A stretch of DNA of 64,000 nt from Turneriella sp. (GTDB lineage Bacteria > Spirochaetota > Leptospiria > Turneriellales > Turneriellaceae): contig CBDIID010000003.1 in the NCBI GenBank assembly GCA_965279515.1, positions 4,320,001 through 4,384,000 of the forward strand. The letters run 5' to 3'. This document shows positions 1-9,476 of this stretch, in pieces. Every line of letters starts with the position of its first letter. Position 1 is the stretch's first letter. A program made the translations under genes and the position numbers. The notes under the pieces are model-generated. The model did no database searches, was not told the DNA's origin, and saw only the letters and a list, made by a program, of their open reading frames with translations.

Positions 1-1
1 T

Positions 2-1159
2 GTCGACCAGGTGCTCGATCAATATGTGCAGTCGGGGCGCGTCGCCGGTGCCGTGGCGCTGGTGTTGCGCGACGGCAAACTATTTTATGAACGAGCTACC
101 GGCTGGAGTGACCGCGAGGCCGCCCAACCGATGCGCATGGACAGTATTTTCCGCATCGCGTCGATGACGAAAGCGATGACGAGCGTGGCGGCGCTCATGC
201 TTGTCGAAGAGAAAAAACTCGCGCCGCATGAGAAAGTCGGAAAGTATATCCCCGAGTTTGAAAAACAGCAGGTGCTCGCGAAAGACCTTCTCACGGGTGT
301 TGTGAGCCTGCAACCCGCCACGACTGAGATGACCATACACCATTTGCTGACGCACACTTCCGGATTGTCGTATGGCGCCGAGCCTGAGCTCGCCGAAATT
401 TTCCGCAGTGTGGGCTTAGGCCCCGCACTGGGCGCCAACTGGAATCTCTCAGCCCTTAAAGAATCAATCTGTGAGACCGTGGCAACGCTGGCAAAGTTGC
501 CCTTAGCCGGACAACCCGGCGGCCCCTGGCTCTACGGTTACAGCACAGATGTCCTGGGTTGCGTCGTTGAGCAGGCGTCAAAAATGACGCTGGAGCAATT
601 TTTCAAAAAGCGGCTCACCGAACCTCTCGGTATGAAGGATACGCATTTTTTTATGCCCGCCGCCGATATTCCGCGGCTCACGGCGCTCTATGGTACGGGA
701 AAAAACGGTCTTGCCGAGCGCTCCGGCGGGAGTAAAACTTATCCCTATGTCGAAGGGCATCGCAAAAGTTTTTCGGGTGGGGCTGGTTTAGTTTCGACCG
801 CCGGTGATTATGCGAAGTTTCTTGAAATGATCCGGCGCGGCGGCGAATATAACGGCAAGCGCCTGCTCAAGGCCGAAACGGCGAAGCTCATGACTTATTC
901 GCAGGGCGGGGAAAATTCTCCCACGCCCTCTGGTTTCACTTACGGTTTCGAAATTTCCGCGCATCCGGGAGTTACCGGGCCCGAAGCGGTGGCGTCGTAT
1001 GGCTGGACAGGTGCGTACGGAACTTTTTATCGCGTCGATCCGCGCCAGAAACTGGTTATTATCCTCATGACACAGCTGGCACCCAACGGTACTGACATCC
1101 GCGACCGGTTTTGGCAGGCGCTTTACGATGCGCTGGCCGATGCCAAAGCTCTCTATTAG
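2..1159 (+). CDS. Serine hydrolase, beta-lactamase/class C-like family (probably 5'-truncated by the window edge)
   Basis: FRIASMTK (SxxK), LLTHTSGL, WLYGYSTDVLG, LGMKDT, SGGAGLVSTAGDY and YGWTGAYGT motifs. The frame is open from the window start. Confidence 0.88.
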   Translation, partial: VDQVLDQYVQSGRVAGAVALVLRDGKLFYERATGWSDREAAQPMRMDSIFRIASMTKAMTSVAALMLVEEKKLAPHEKVGKYIPEFEKQQVLAKDLLTGVVSLQPATTEMTIHHLLTHTSGLSYGAEPELAEIFRSVGLGPALGANWNLSALKESICETVATLAKLPLAGQPGGPWLYGYSTDVLGCVVEQASKMTLEQFFKKRLTEPLGMKDTHFFMPAADIPRLTALYGTGKNGLAERSGGSKTYPYVEGHRKSFSGGAGLVSTAGDYAKFLEMIRRGGEYNGKRLLKAETAKLMTYSQGGENSPTPSGFTYGFEISAHPGVTGPEAVASYGWTGAYGTFYRVDPRQKLVIILMTQLAPNGTDIRDRFWQALYDALADAKALY

Positions 1160-1161
1160 TT

Positions 1162-2130
1162 TTATTTGCCGCGAAAGCGGTCCGTAGCCTCGATCAGCGC
1201 CGAGCGGATGCCCGGCTCAAACGCGGCATGCCCCGCATCGGCTACCACCACCAGTTTTGCGCGCGGCATTTTTTCCTTCAGGTCAAAGGCATTCTTCACG
1301 GGGCAGACGATGTCATAACGGCCGTGGATGATTTCCGCCGAAAGGTGGGCAATCTTATGCGCGTTGTTCAGGATGTAATTATCCTCGGGATAAAAGCAGT
1401 TGTGCATGAAATAATGGCATTCGATGCGCGCCAGCGAGACGGCGATCTCGGTGAATTCGTGGAATACTTTCGCATCGGGTTTTAAACAGATCGTCGCGCC
1501 CTCCCACTGGCTCCATGCCTTTGCGGCTTCGATGCGCACCTTTTTATCCTTAGAAGTCAGGCGGCGGTAAAAGGCGCCCAGCATATCGTGGCGTTCCGCT
1601 TCGGGAATCACGCTGATATAATTTTTCCAGGCGTCGGGAAAAATCTGGTGCGCGCCGTACTGGTAAAACCACAAAATCTCTTCGTGGCGGCAGAGGAAAA
1701 TGCCGCGTACAATGAGGTGCAGAATCTGCTGCGGGTGGCTGATCGCATAGGTGAGCGCGAGAGTGCTGCCCCACGAGCCGCCGAACACCACCCATTTTGA
1801 GACTTTGAGTTTTTTGCGGATAATTTCGATATCGTCGATGAGATCCCAGAGCGTATTTTCCCTGAGCTCGGCATAGGGTTTGCTTTTACCCGCGCCGCGC
1901 TGGTCGAAGAGAATAATGCGGTATTTTTCCGGATTGAAAAAACGCCGGTGGTTTGCCGAAAGTCCCGCGCCCGGGCCGCCGTGCAGAAACAGGGCGGGGA
2001 TGCCCTTCGGGTTGCCGCACTCTTCGACATAGAGTGTATGCAGTGCTGAGACTTTAACAGAATACGATTTGACCTTTCTGATTTCGGGATAAAGTTCGCG
2101 CAGCGTTTTTTCTTTCATGGGATTTTCCAA
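1162..2130 (-). CDS. pip: Proline iminopeptidase (alpha/beta hydrolase)
   Basis: LHGGPG, FDQRGAGKS, VFGGSWGSTLAL nucleophile elbow, GRYDIVCP, AGH. Start may be 2118 (MKEKT). Confidence 0.93.
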   Translation of the reverse strand: MENPMKEKTLRELYPEIRKVKSYSVKVSALHTLYVEECGNPKGIPALFLHGGPGAGLSANHRRFFNPEKYRIILFDQRGAGKSKPYAELRENTLWDLIDDIEIIRKKLKVSKWVVFGGSWGSTLALTYAISHPQQILHLIVRGIFLCRHEEILWFYQYGAHQIFPDAWKNYISVIPEAERHDMLGAFYRRLTSKDKKVRIEAAKAWSQWEGATICLKPDAKVFHEFTEIAVSLARIECHYFMHNCFYPEDNYILNNAHKIAHLSAEIIHGRYDIVCPVKNAFDLKEKMPRAKLVVVADAGHAAFEPGIRSALIEATDRFRGK

Positions 2131-2891
2131 ATCGCTTCGTAAATACGATCTACCCCGTCGACAAAGAGAGCGGGGCCGGGCTGCAAAATTTCAGCCGAAT
2201 CGATTTCATAGAGACGCTCATTTGCGAGAGCCGCCGTGCCTTGCAGCTCGCTCCGGCTGCGCAGCCAGGCGAAATCCACCGGTTTACCGCACCACGACCC
2301 AATGATGATTTCGGGGTTACCTTTTGCTACGGCCTGAAGGTCGATAATGCGGTCTTTTGCCATCGAGTGGGATTTCCCCTTGAAGATATTATCTCCGCCG
2401 CAGATAGCGATCAGTTCCGAAACCCAGCCTATCGCTGTGATCACAGGTTCATCCCATTCCTGGAAAAATACCCGCGGCTTTTTCCGTTTTCGCGTTTTTG
2501 CCGCGATGGCTGCGAGTTTTTTTTTCCAGCCGAGGATGAGTTTTTGCCCGCGCTCGCGTTTACCGACGATAGTGGCGATGAGCAGCAGGGTATCGGTGAT
2601 TTCGGCCAATGTGCGTTGGTTCGTAATCAAAACGTTTAATCCTGCTTTGATGAGTTTTTGCGCGAGGTCGGCCTGGATGTCAGAGAAACCGATGACCAGG
2701 TCGGGTTTCAGCTTCTGGATTTTCGCGACGTTGCCTGAAATGAAGGCGCTGACTTTGGGTTTCTCTTTCGCCGCGCGTTCGGGCCTGACAGTATAGGCGC
2801 TGATGCCGACGATGCGTTTCTCTTCGCCCAGCAGGTAGAGCCATTCGCAGGTCTCTTCGGTGAGGCAGACGATGCGTTCAGCGTTTGCCAT
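2115..2891 (-). CDS. Cobalamin/Fe-siderophore-type substrate-binding protein (BtuF-like helical backbone)
   Basis: RIVCLTEETCEWLYLLG, KPDLVIGFSDIQ, FQEWDEP, SWCGK, ILQPGPA. Start set at ATG 2891 (MANAERIV) directly after the upstream stop. Confidence 0.82.
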   Translation of the reverse strand: MANAERIVCLTEETCEWLYLLGEEKRIVGISAYTVRPERAAKEKPKVSAFISGNVAKIQKLKPDLVIGFSDIQADLAQKLIKAGLNVLITNQRTLAEITDTLLLIATIVGKRERGQKLILGWKKKLAAIAAKTRKRKKPRVFFQEWDEPVITAIGWVSELIAICGGDNIFKGKSHSMAKDRIIDLQAVAKGNPEIIIGSWCGKPVDFAWLRSRSELQGTAALANERLYEIDSAEILQPGPALFVDGVDRIYEAIWKIP

Positions 2892-2892
2892 A

Positions 2893-4635
2893 TCACGACT
2901 GGCCGTAGAGAATATCGAGGGCGATGAGCCGCGCCTTTTCGAGCCGCTCGATTTCGTCATCGATTTTGAGAATTTCCCGCGCAAATTTTCGGCACGTGTC
3001 GAGCGTCAGGGCCTGCAGCATATTCGTGATGACACCGATACGGTGCGTCGGAACGACAAAGTCGCTGAAACCAAAATAACGGAACCAGGCAATCGCCCAC
3101 GGCTCTCCGGCCACTTCACCGCAGATCGTCACGGGCTTTTTGGCAGAGAGCGATTTCAGGACGCGGCAAATGGCCGCAGAGCCGTCACCCAGGAGGGTGC
3201 GGTGCAAAACTTCGTTGTGCTCGCGTTTATCCATGGCGAGTGCACTTAAAAGGTCTGAAGTACCGGCATAAAAAAAATCCACGCGGGTGAGCCAGCGTTC
3301 TGCGGCAAAGACGGCCGCAGGGCTCTCGAGCATGGCGCCGATTTCAATGGCCACCTTTTTCTTACCGGAGTTTATCCCCCTGACGATATCGAGCACCGCG
3401 TTCAGTTCATGGCTTTCCGAAAGGTAGGGAATCAGCAACCGCAGTGGCCGTCTTGTCTCTTGCGCTGCTTTGACAAGGGCCGCTATCTGGCTTTCGAGAA
3501 TTTTTTTCTCGTGCAGCAGAAAACGGATACCTCTCAGGTCCCGGTCGCTTTCGATGAGGGGGCTCTTGAGAAAATTCTTATCTTCGGAGAAGTCGAAGAG
3601 CCTGAACGTGATTTCGGTACCGGCATGTTGGGTCAGCAGTTCTTCGTATTGCCGACCCAGCTGCCGCGTCGAAGGCAACTCGCCCGCTTCGCTTACCTGG
3701 TATTCGGTACGGTAGAGACCGATGCGCTGCTTTGCCTGTTTCTTGTCGTTACCGCTCTGAAGCTCGGAGAGGAAATGCAGGGTACCCGAAAGCTGAATCT
3801 TCTCGCCGGATTTCATCCGCACGGTATCTGACCAGCGTGGTGACGCACTCTCGGTATGCGTTTCGGTGAAACGCGCCGCCCTGCGCGGGTTGAGAACAAT
3901 GTAGCCGATGTCGGCGTCGATGAGTACGGGCAGCGATTTCCGCATACGAAAAAAGCGCGTATCGCTGACCGAGACGCAGGGAATCTGCATTGCGCGCAAC
4001 ATCACCAGTTCGTGTGCGGTGTCGCTGGTTTCGCCGATGACAATACCGCGCACCCCCGCGCGCTTTAAGGCCAGAACTTCGCTGACAGTGAGTTTAGGCG
4101 CGGCGATAATGGAAACACCTTCGGGCAGGGTCAGGTCTTGCTGCAGCCCGAGAAAATAGAGAATACGCCGCTTCATATCGCTCATGTCTTTGATGAAGTG
4201 CCGGTTCTGGCTGCCGTCGAATTTTTGTCCCGAAGGCTCGAAGGCAAATTGCCGCGAAACCATGCCAATGACTGCGCCCAGGGCCGCGGCGCCCGTTGCA
4301 CCGGTCTCGAAAATCCGGTTCTTGATTTCACCCAGAAAGTAGGGGTCTTCAAGGGTCATGATATGGGACTCGAGCACATTGATGGCATCGTCAATGGCAT
4401 GTATTTCGCCGGGATTTTTGCTGCGCCGGTCGAGCATCATCTTCTTTTCGGCGGCGAGTTGCAGCTGCGCCGACCTGAGCGCACTCTTAAAGTGGCGGAA
4501 CTCCGCGCGCGGGTTTGCGGCCGGCTTTTCAACCGCAGAAAAGCGTTCACGGCGGAACTCCGCCATGATGCCCCGCACCCGGCCGGGATAGATTGCTTTT
4601 GCCCTGAGATGGCGCATATCGCGGTCTGCCGGCAT
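2893..4635 (-). CDS. PEP-protein phosphotransferase (PTS enzyme I)-like protein, divergent
   Basis: SDTAHELV (phospho-His motif position), IGLYRTEY, RGIRF, GAMLESPAAV, GTSDL and ICGE in enzyme I order. Confidence 0.8.
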   Translation of the reverse strand: MPADRDMRHLRAKAIYPGRVRGIMAEFRRERFSAVEKPAANPRAEFRHFKSALRSAQLQLAAEKKMMLDRRSKNPGEIHAIDDAINVLESHIMTLEDPYFLGEIKNRIFETGATGAAALGAVIGMVSRQFAFEPSGQKFDGSQNRHFIKDMSDMKRRILYFLGLQQDLTLPEGVSIIAAPKLTVSEVLALKRAGVRGIVIGETSDTAHELVMLRAMQIPCVSVSDTRFFRMRKSLPVLIDADIGYIVLNPRRAARFTETHTESASPRWSDTVRMKSGEKIQLSGTLHFLSELQSGNDKKQAKQRIGLYRTEYQVSEAGELPSTRQLGRQYEELLTQHAGTEITFRLFDFSEDKNFLKSPLIESDRDLRGIRFLLHEKKILESQIAALVKAAQETRRPLRLLIPYLSESHELNAVLDIVRGINSGKKKVAIEIGAMLESPAAVFAAERWLTRVDFFYAGTSDLLSALAMDKREHNEVLHRTLLGDGSAAICRVLKSLSAKKPVTICGEVAGEPWAIAWFRYFGFSDFVVPTHRIGVITNMLQALTLDTCRKFAREILKIDDEIERLEKARLIALDILYGQS

Positions 4636-4734
4636 TCGTGTAATTCGAACTCGGCGCTACAAGAATTAACAATAAAGCCGTCGCGCAGCCAAAAAGCACT
4701 CATAGAAGAGACATATTCCGGCCGATATTCAACC

Positions 4735-5745
4735 ATGTCCCGGGCATTCCGCCTCATTATTGCCTGCGCCGCCGTCACCTCGCTGGGGGCGGCCTCATGG
4801 CGCAACAACAAGGTCGACCAGCACGGCAATGCGACCGAAAACTTCAGTTCCAGCGGCCTGAAACTCTATTTGAATTCCCACAAGCTGCGCTTTGCAAAAA
4901 ACGAAGAGGTCGTCTTCAACGTTTCCCTGGTCAATGAAGGGGCTTACCCGATCACGATCTACCTGCACGAAAATCCGCTGCGCAATTTTACGATTATCGC
5001 CCGCGACCACGAGGGCCGGTCCCTCAATGTAAAAGAAGAGATGTATTACCGGGGGACATCCGACTGGCGCGACCCGCACCACACAAAGTATACCGGTGAA
5101 ACCTACCCGATGCGTAAGATGATCATCCATGCGGGTGAAAAGTACGAGAAACGCATTAAACTCGCGGACTATGTCGACTGGGAGGATTTCTCCCCGAAGC
5201 TGAAGAATCTCGACATTACCGCGCATTTTTACCCCAACCCCCTGCAGGCAGAGCGCTACTTTTTGCCTTCGGCATCGTCGCTGCAGCTGATCTATGACCG
5301 TAGCCGCGAGGTCCTGAAAGAAAAGGATAACCTGATGGATGCAGCGACCGATACGCTGCATATCAGCGCGCGCGAGATCGTCTACCTGATGCTGTCAGCC
5401 GAATACACGAAAAACTGGTCGCAGTACTTTAAATACGTTTCTTTAAAGGATATCATCCGCGACTACCCGGAGTTCTCACGCCTGTACGCGAACGAAGCCG
5501 GGGAAGACCAGATGAGCGCGCTGGCGGAGTTCAGAAAATACCTGAGCGGCCGCGGTTCGCATAAGCTCATTAAATTCCGCGTGCTGGCCGGCGAAAGCCG
5601 CGAGGGCGGTGATACCGCGCAGGTGCGCGTGCGGGCGCGCCGCGACGTCGAGGGTTTTGAGCGCGATTACCTGACGACATATTATTTGACGAAGCGGGAT
5701 ACCCTGTGGCAGATTACCGGTATCGAATCGAGGTTGGCAGATTGA
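4735..5745 (+). CDS. Exported hypothetical protein, 336 aa
   Basis: ATG at 4735 is followed by the signal-like MSRAFRLIIACAAVTSLGA. The upstream part of the 535-aa ORF is antisense to the ptsI-like gene. Ends 42 bp before fliM. Confidence 0.75.
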   Translation: MSRAFRLIIACAAVTSLGAASWRNNKVDQHGNATENFSSSGLKLYLNSHKLRFAKNEEVVFNVSLVNEGAYPITIYLHENPLRNFTIIARDHEGRSLNVKEEMYYRGTSDWRDPHHTKYTGETYPMRKMIIHAGEKYEKRIKLADYVDWEDFSPKLKNLDITAHFYPNPLQAERYFLPSASSLQLIYDRSREVLKEKDNLMDAATDTLHISAREIVYLMLSAEYTKNWSQYFKYVSLKDIIRDYPEFSRLYANEAGEDQMSALAEFRKYLSGRGSHKLIKFRVLAGESREGGDTAQVRVRARRDVEGFERDYLTTYYLTKRDTLWQITGIESRLAD

Positions 5746-5787
5746 TTCTTCTGCAGGGCAAAATGACGGCGTTTGTAAGGAAAACAC

Positions 5788-6816
5788 ATGACTGATATTC
5801 TCTCGCAAGACGAAATAGACCAGTTACTCTCGGCGATCTCGTCCGGTGACGCGCAGCAAGAAGATTTTTCTGCGACACAGGCCGAACAAAAGAAAGTCAA
5901 GATCTACGACTTTAAACGTCCGGATAAGTTCAGTAAGGACCAGATCCGTACGGTCCAGATGATGCATGAAACCTTTGCGCGTCTGACGACAACTGCGCTC
6001 TCGGCAAAATTGCGTGCGATGGTTTCGGTGCACGTTCAGTCGGTGGATCAGCTGACTTATGAAGAATTCATCCGTTCGATCCCGAACCCAACGACCCTGT
6101 CACTCATCAACATGGACCCGTTAAAGGGGTCGGCGATTCTTGAGGTCGACCCTTCGATCACGTTCACGATCATCGACCGCCTCTTCGGTGGTGCCGGCGA
6201 GCATGCAAAGCTGACCCGCGAACTCACCGATATCGAGATGTCAGTCGTCGAAGGTATCATCGTTCATATTCTGGGTAACCTGCGTGAAGCCTGGTCGACG
6301 GTTATCGACCTGCGCCCACGCCTCGGCACCATTGAGACAAACCCGCAGTTCGCGCAGATCGTTCCACCGAACGAGATGGTGATGCTGATTACGCTCGAGA
6401 CGAAGATTGGTGAATCAGAAGGGATGATGAATCTTTGTATTCCCTATATTACGATCGAGCCGATCATTCAGAAACTTTCGGCGCAGTATTGGTTCTCGTC
6501 GATCCGCCGCGGCGAAAGCGACGTCAACCGCACAATGATCCAAAGCCGGCTTGATAATGTTCAGGTGCAGATTTCTGTTGAAATTGGTACGGTGAACCTC
6601 GGCTTCAAGGATATCATGAACCTGAAGGTCGGCAATATCATCAAGATGCCGAAGACGACGGTGCGTGAAGAATTTACCTTTAAAGTCGAAGAGCGCGCGA
6701 AATTCAAATGCCGTCCGGGCCGAATCGGTTCGCGTCTCGCGGTGCAGATCGGCGAAGCGGTAGTCGATACGCCGGACGAACTCTTGATCGGTACACGCAG
6801 CGAAGAAGAAGGATAA
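5788..6816 (+). CDS. fliM: Flagellar motor switch protein FliM
   Basis: MTDILSQDEIDQLL N-terminus, YDFKRPDKFSKDQIR, DRLFGG, IETNPQF, C-terminal SpoA-like domain. Confidence 0.97.
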   Translation: MTDILSQDEIDQLLSAISSGDAQQEDFSATQAEQKKVKIYDFKRPDKFSKDQIRTVQMMHETFARLTTTALSAKLRAMVSVHVQSVDQLTYEEFIRSIPNPTTLSLINMDPLKGSAILEVDPSITFTIIDRLFGGAGEHAKLTRELTDIEMSVVEGIIVHILGNLREAWSTVIDLRPRLGTIETNPQFAQIVPPNEMVMLITLETKIGESEGMMNLCIPYITIEPIIQKLSAQYWFSSIRRGESDVNRTMIQSRLDNVQVQISVEIGTVNLGFKDIMNLKVGNIIKMPKTTVREEFTFKVEERAKFKCRPGRIGSRLAVQIGEAVVDTPDELLIGTRSEEEG

Positions 6817-6823
6817 TGAAAAT

Positions 6824-6854
6824 TTAAGGGGGCTTCGCCCCCTTAACAACCCCG
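6824..6854. repeat. Palindromic element copy 1 (REP-like hairpin between convergent genes)
   Basis: TTAAGGGGGC-TTC-GCCCCCTTAA then CAACCCCG. Same architecture at 38316-38349. Confidence 0.7.
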
Positions 6855-6856
6855 TC

Positions 6857-7201
6857 TTACTGTCGGGTTAATTTTTCCTTACCCTTGCCACCAGGTCCCC
6901 AGCGGCCTTTGAGTTCAGAACCATCTGCATTCACTTTGTAAATGACCGGGTCAGGCTGACCCCAGTCAACGGTGAGTTTTTTACCGCTCAGCGTTCCAGA
7001 GCCTGAATACTGGCTTGCCCCGACAGTCCAGTTGAAGGCATAACCTGATGCTTCATCGCCTGAGATGACGCAAGTTCCATTGTAGCCGCTACCGTCCGGG
7101 TTTGTACCTTCCACGGTGTAAGTACCGCCCACACCTTGAGCATAGAGAGTGACGATCGGTGTTAACAGGGCTAAGACCGAAAATAACAATAGTTTTTTCA
7201 T
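6857..7201 (-). CDS. Small secreted beta-rich protein (GxYxVxGTNPDGSxY family)
   Basis: Signal peptide MKKLLLFSVLALL..LYA, GTYTVEGTNPDGSGY motif, GGAGG RBS upstream. Confidence 0.8.
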   Translation of the reverse strand: MKKLLLFSVLALLTPIVTLYAQGVGGTYTVEGTNPDGSGYNGTCVISGDEASGYAFNWTVGASQYSGSGTLSGKKLTVDWGQPDPVIYKVNADGSELKGRWGPGGKGKEKLTRQ

Positions 7202-7228
7202 TCAATTTCCTCCTGCCGGATTTTCCGG

Positions 7229-8710
7229 ATGGTGTTAAGAACAGCCTATTTGTACTGTGTCAACCGCTTAGGAGACCGGCCTATGGTGCAAATGACCTAT
7301 GTATTAAAAAGGAGTTTTCATCGTGTTTCAAAATCAGGTTTTCAAAGGAGAGTGACCGGGACCAAAAAACAGTTTTATATCGAAACCTACGGTTGCCAGA
7401 TGAACGAATACGATTCGCTCTTGGCCGGCAAGATTCTCGAGAAAGATGCCGCACAGACTTCCGATGTCGCTGCGGCGGATGTCATATTGCTCAATACCTG
7501 CGCGATCCGTGAGAACGCACACCAGACCGTATACAACCGCCTGAAAGAACTAGGGCATCTGCACAAACAGGGCGCGAAGATCGGTATTTTGGGCTGCATG
7601 GCGCAGAACCTGCGCGAAGACCTTCTGTATGAAAACCTGCCGATCGATTTTATCATGGGGCCCGATGCCTTCCGCAATCTGGGGTCGCTGCTGTCAGAAA
7701 ACGGTAGCCAGGCGCCCGAGACGGCGCAGCAGAGTTTTCTGAATCTGTCGCGCACCGAAACCTACGATGATATTGTGCCGTCGTTCGAGTACCATATGCG
7801 CGACCGGCGGAACAAGACGACTGCGTTTATCACGGTACAGCGCGGCTGCGACAATTTCTGCGCCTTTTGCGTGGTGCCCTACACACGCGGCCGCGAGCGC
7901 TCGCGCCCGGTCGCAAGCATCGTCAGTGAAATCGCCAATCTCGTCGACAACGGTGTGAAGTCGGTAGTACTCCTCGGGCAGAACGTGAATTCTTACCGGC
8001 ACGAAACGGCGCGCTTTGTCGACCTGATCGAAACCTTGCTCGCGAAAACCCGCATCGAGCGCATCTATTTCAGCTCGCCGCATCCCAAAGATTTTCCATC
8101 GGAGCTCATCGAGCTCATGGCTGCGGAGCCGCGCTTCTGCAATCAGGTGCATATGCCGTTGCAGGCGGGGGCCGACAGAACGCTCAAACGCATGAAACGC
8201 AATTATACCCGCGCGGAGTTCCTCAAGATCGTCGAGCATGTCCGTAGCCGTGTCGTCGACGTGGCGATCAGCACGGATGTCATCGTCGGTTTTCCGGGTG
8301 AAACCGACGCCGATTTCCGCGAGACCCTCGAAGTGATGGAGCTCGCGAACTTTGACACCGCCTTTATGTTTGCCTATTCCGAACGCAAGGGTACCATCGC
8401 GAACCGTCTCTATCCCGACGATATTCCGCTCGAGATCAAGAAGGCCCGCCTTGCCGAACTCATCGACCGCCAGCTCGAACGGGCGCTGAAAAATAACAGC
8501 AGGTATATCGGCAGAACTGTCGAGGCGATGGTCGAGCAGCCGTCGAAGCGCAATGCCGCCGAGTGGGTGGGGCGCCTCAGTAACGGTAAAAGAATCATCT
8601 TTGATCCACGGCGCTCCGTTCCGGTAGATTTCTCCGGCACGCTGGTATCGTTGACGGTGGAAAGCGCATCAAGCCAGGTGCTCAAAGGTTCGCCGGATGC
8701 ACCGCTCTGA
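7229..8710 (+). CDS. miaB: tRNA-2-methylthio-N6-dimethylallyladenosine synthase
   Basis: YIETYGCQMNEYDS, NTCAIRE, GCMAQ, radical-SAM GCDNFCAFC, C-terminal TRAM region. True start is probably downstream (7283-7352). Confidence 0.95.
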   Translation: MVLRTAYLYCVNRLGDRPMVQMTYVLKRSFHRVSKSGFQRRVTGTKKQFYIETYGCQMNEYDSLLAGKILEKDAAQTSDVAAADVILLNTCAIRENAHQTVYNRLKELGHLHKQGAKIGILGCMAQNLREDLLYENLPIDFIMGPDAFRNLGSLLSENGSQAPETAQQSFLNLSRTETYDDIVPSFEYHMRDRRNKTTAFITVQRGCDNFCAFCVVPYTRGRERSRPVASIVSEIANLVDNGVKSVVLLGQNVNSYRHETARFVDLIETLLAKTRIERIYFSSPHPKDFPSELIELMAAEPRFCNQVHMPLQAGADRTLKRMKRNYTRAEFLKIVEHVRSRVVDVAISTDVIVGFPGETDADFRETLEVMELANFDTAFMFAYSERKGTIANRLYPDDIPLEIKKARLAELIDRQLERALKNNSRYIGRTVEAMVEQPSKRNAAEWVGRLSNGKRIIFDPRRSVPVDFSGTLVSLTVESASSQVLKGSPDAPL

Positions 8711-9476
8711 AGAAGTCTTACGTTTTGAGAATGTCTGGTACAACGACGGAGTTAGCAGCGACCATGTCGACAATGTCAGTTTCACGCTGAAGCGCGGCGA
8801 AGGCCTTTTAATCTCGGGCCCCGAAGGCGCCGGCAAGAGCCAGATGATGGCGCTGATTGTCGCCAAGAACATGCCTAAATCGGGGCAGATCTTCCACGAC
8901 GGGGTGAATCTCGGCTTACAGTCTGAGGATGATATCGAAAGGCTGCGGTTTTCCATCGGTTATGTGACAAAAACCTCAGGCCTCATCAACAACCTCTCGG
9001 TCATGGAGAATATCATTCTACCGCTGCGTTACCATACGGCTCTCAAGGACGATGAGCTTTTTGCCGCCGCCGATCTCTGGCTCGAGCGCTATGAACTCAA
9101 GCACAAAGAGAAGGCGCGTCCCGTTGCGCTGTCCGATTCCGAGGCAATCCGCACCGCGCTGATACGGGCGCTGATCGTCGATCCGCGCCTGATACTGCTC
9201 GACGGCATTATCGATGGTGTTTGCCCGCTGGCTTCGCGGCGTATGCTTGAGCTGATGTTTGAGGATATCCGCCTCAGGGGGATATCCTACGTGATTTCGA
9301 CATACCACCCTGCGATCTTTGAAGGCCGCGACATGCAGTTCATTCTGCTTTACCGCGGCGCAGTGGTGTTTCAGGGCTCTTTGGCCGATATTAAAATGGC
9401 AGACAATGTATACCTCGACCAATACCGCGCCCTGAGAACCGAGGGACCCATGCGCTGCTTTAACGATATATTATGA
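8697..9476 (+). CDS. MlaF-like ABC ATP-binding protein with degenerate motifs
   Basis: Walker A GPEGAGKS, NLSVMENIILPL, signature LSDSE, Walker B LILLDG. Overlaps the downstream MlaD gene. Confidence 0.78.
   Translation: MHRSEEVLRFENVWYNDGVSSDHVDNVSFTLKRGEGLLISGPEGAGKSQMMALIVAKNMPKSGQIFHDGVNLGLQSEDDIERLRFSIGYVTKTSGLINNLSVMENIILPLRYHTALKDDELFAAADLWLERYELKHKEKARPVALSDSEAIRTALIRALIVDPRLILLDGIIDGVCPLASRRMLELMFEDIRLRGISYVISTYHPAIFEGRDMQFILLYRGAVVFQGSLADIKMADNVYLDQYRALRTEGPMRCFNDIL

Noticed and set aside
2..1159. Antibiotic-resistance beta-lactamase call
   Set aside because: The motifs fit the broad esterase/serine hydrolase family; substrate cannot be inferred.
4138..4734. N-terminal 199 aa of the 535-aa ORF
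   Set aside because: Overlaps the ptsI-like gene in antisense; a signal peptide begins at ATG 4735.
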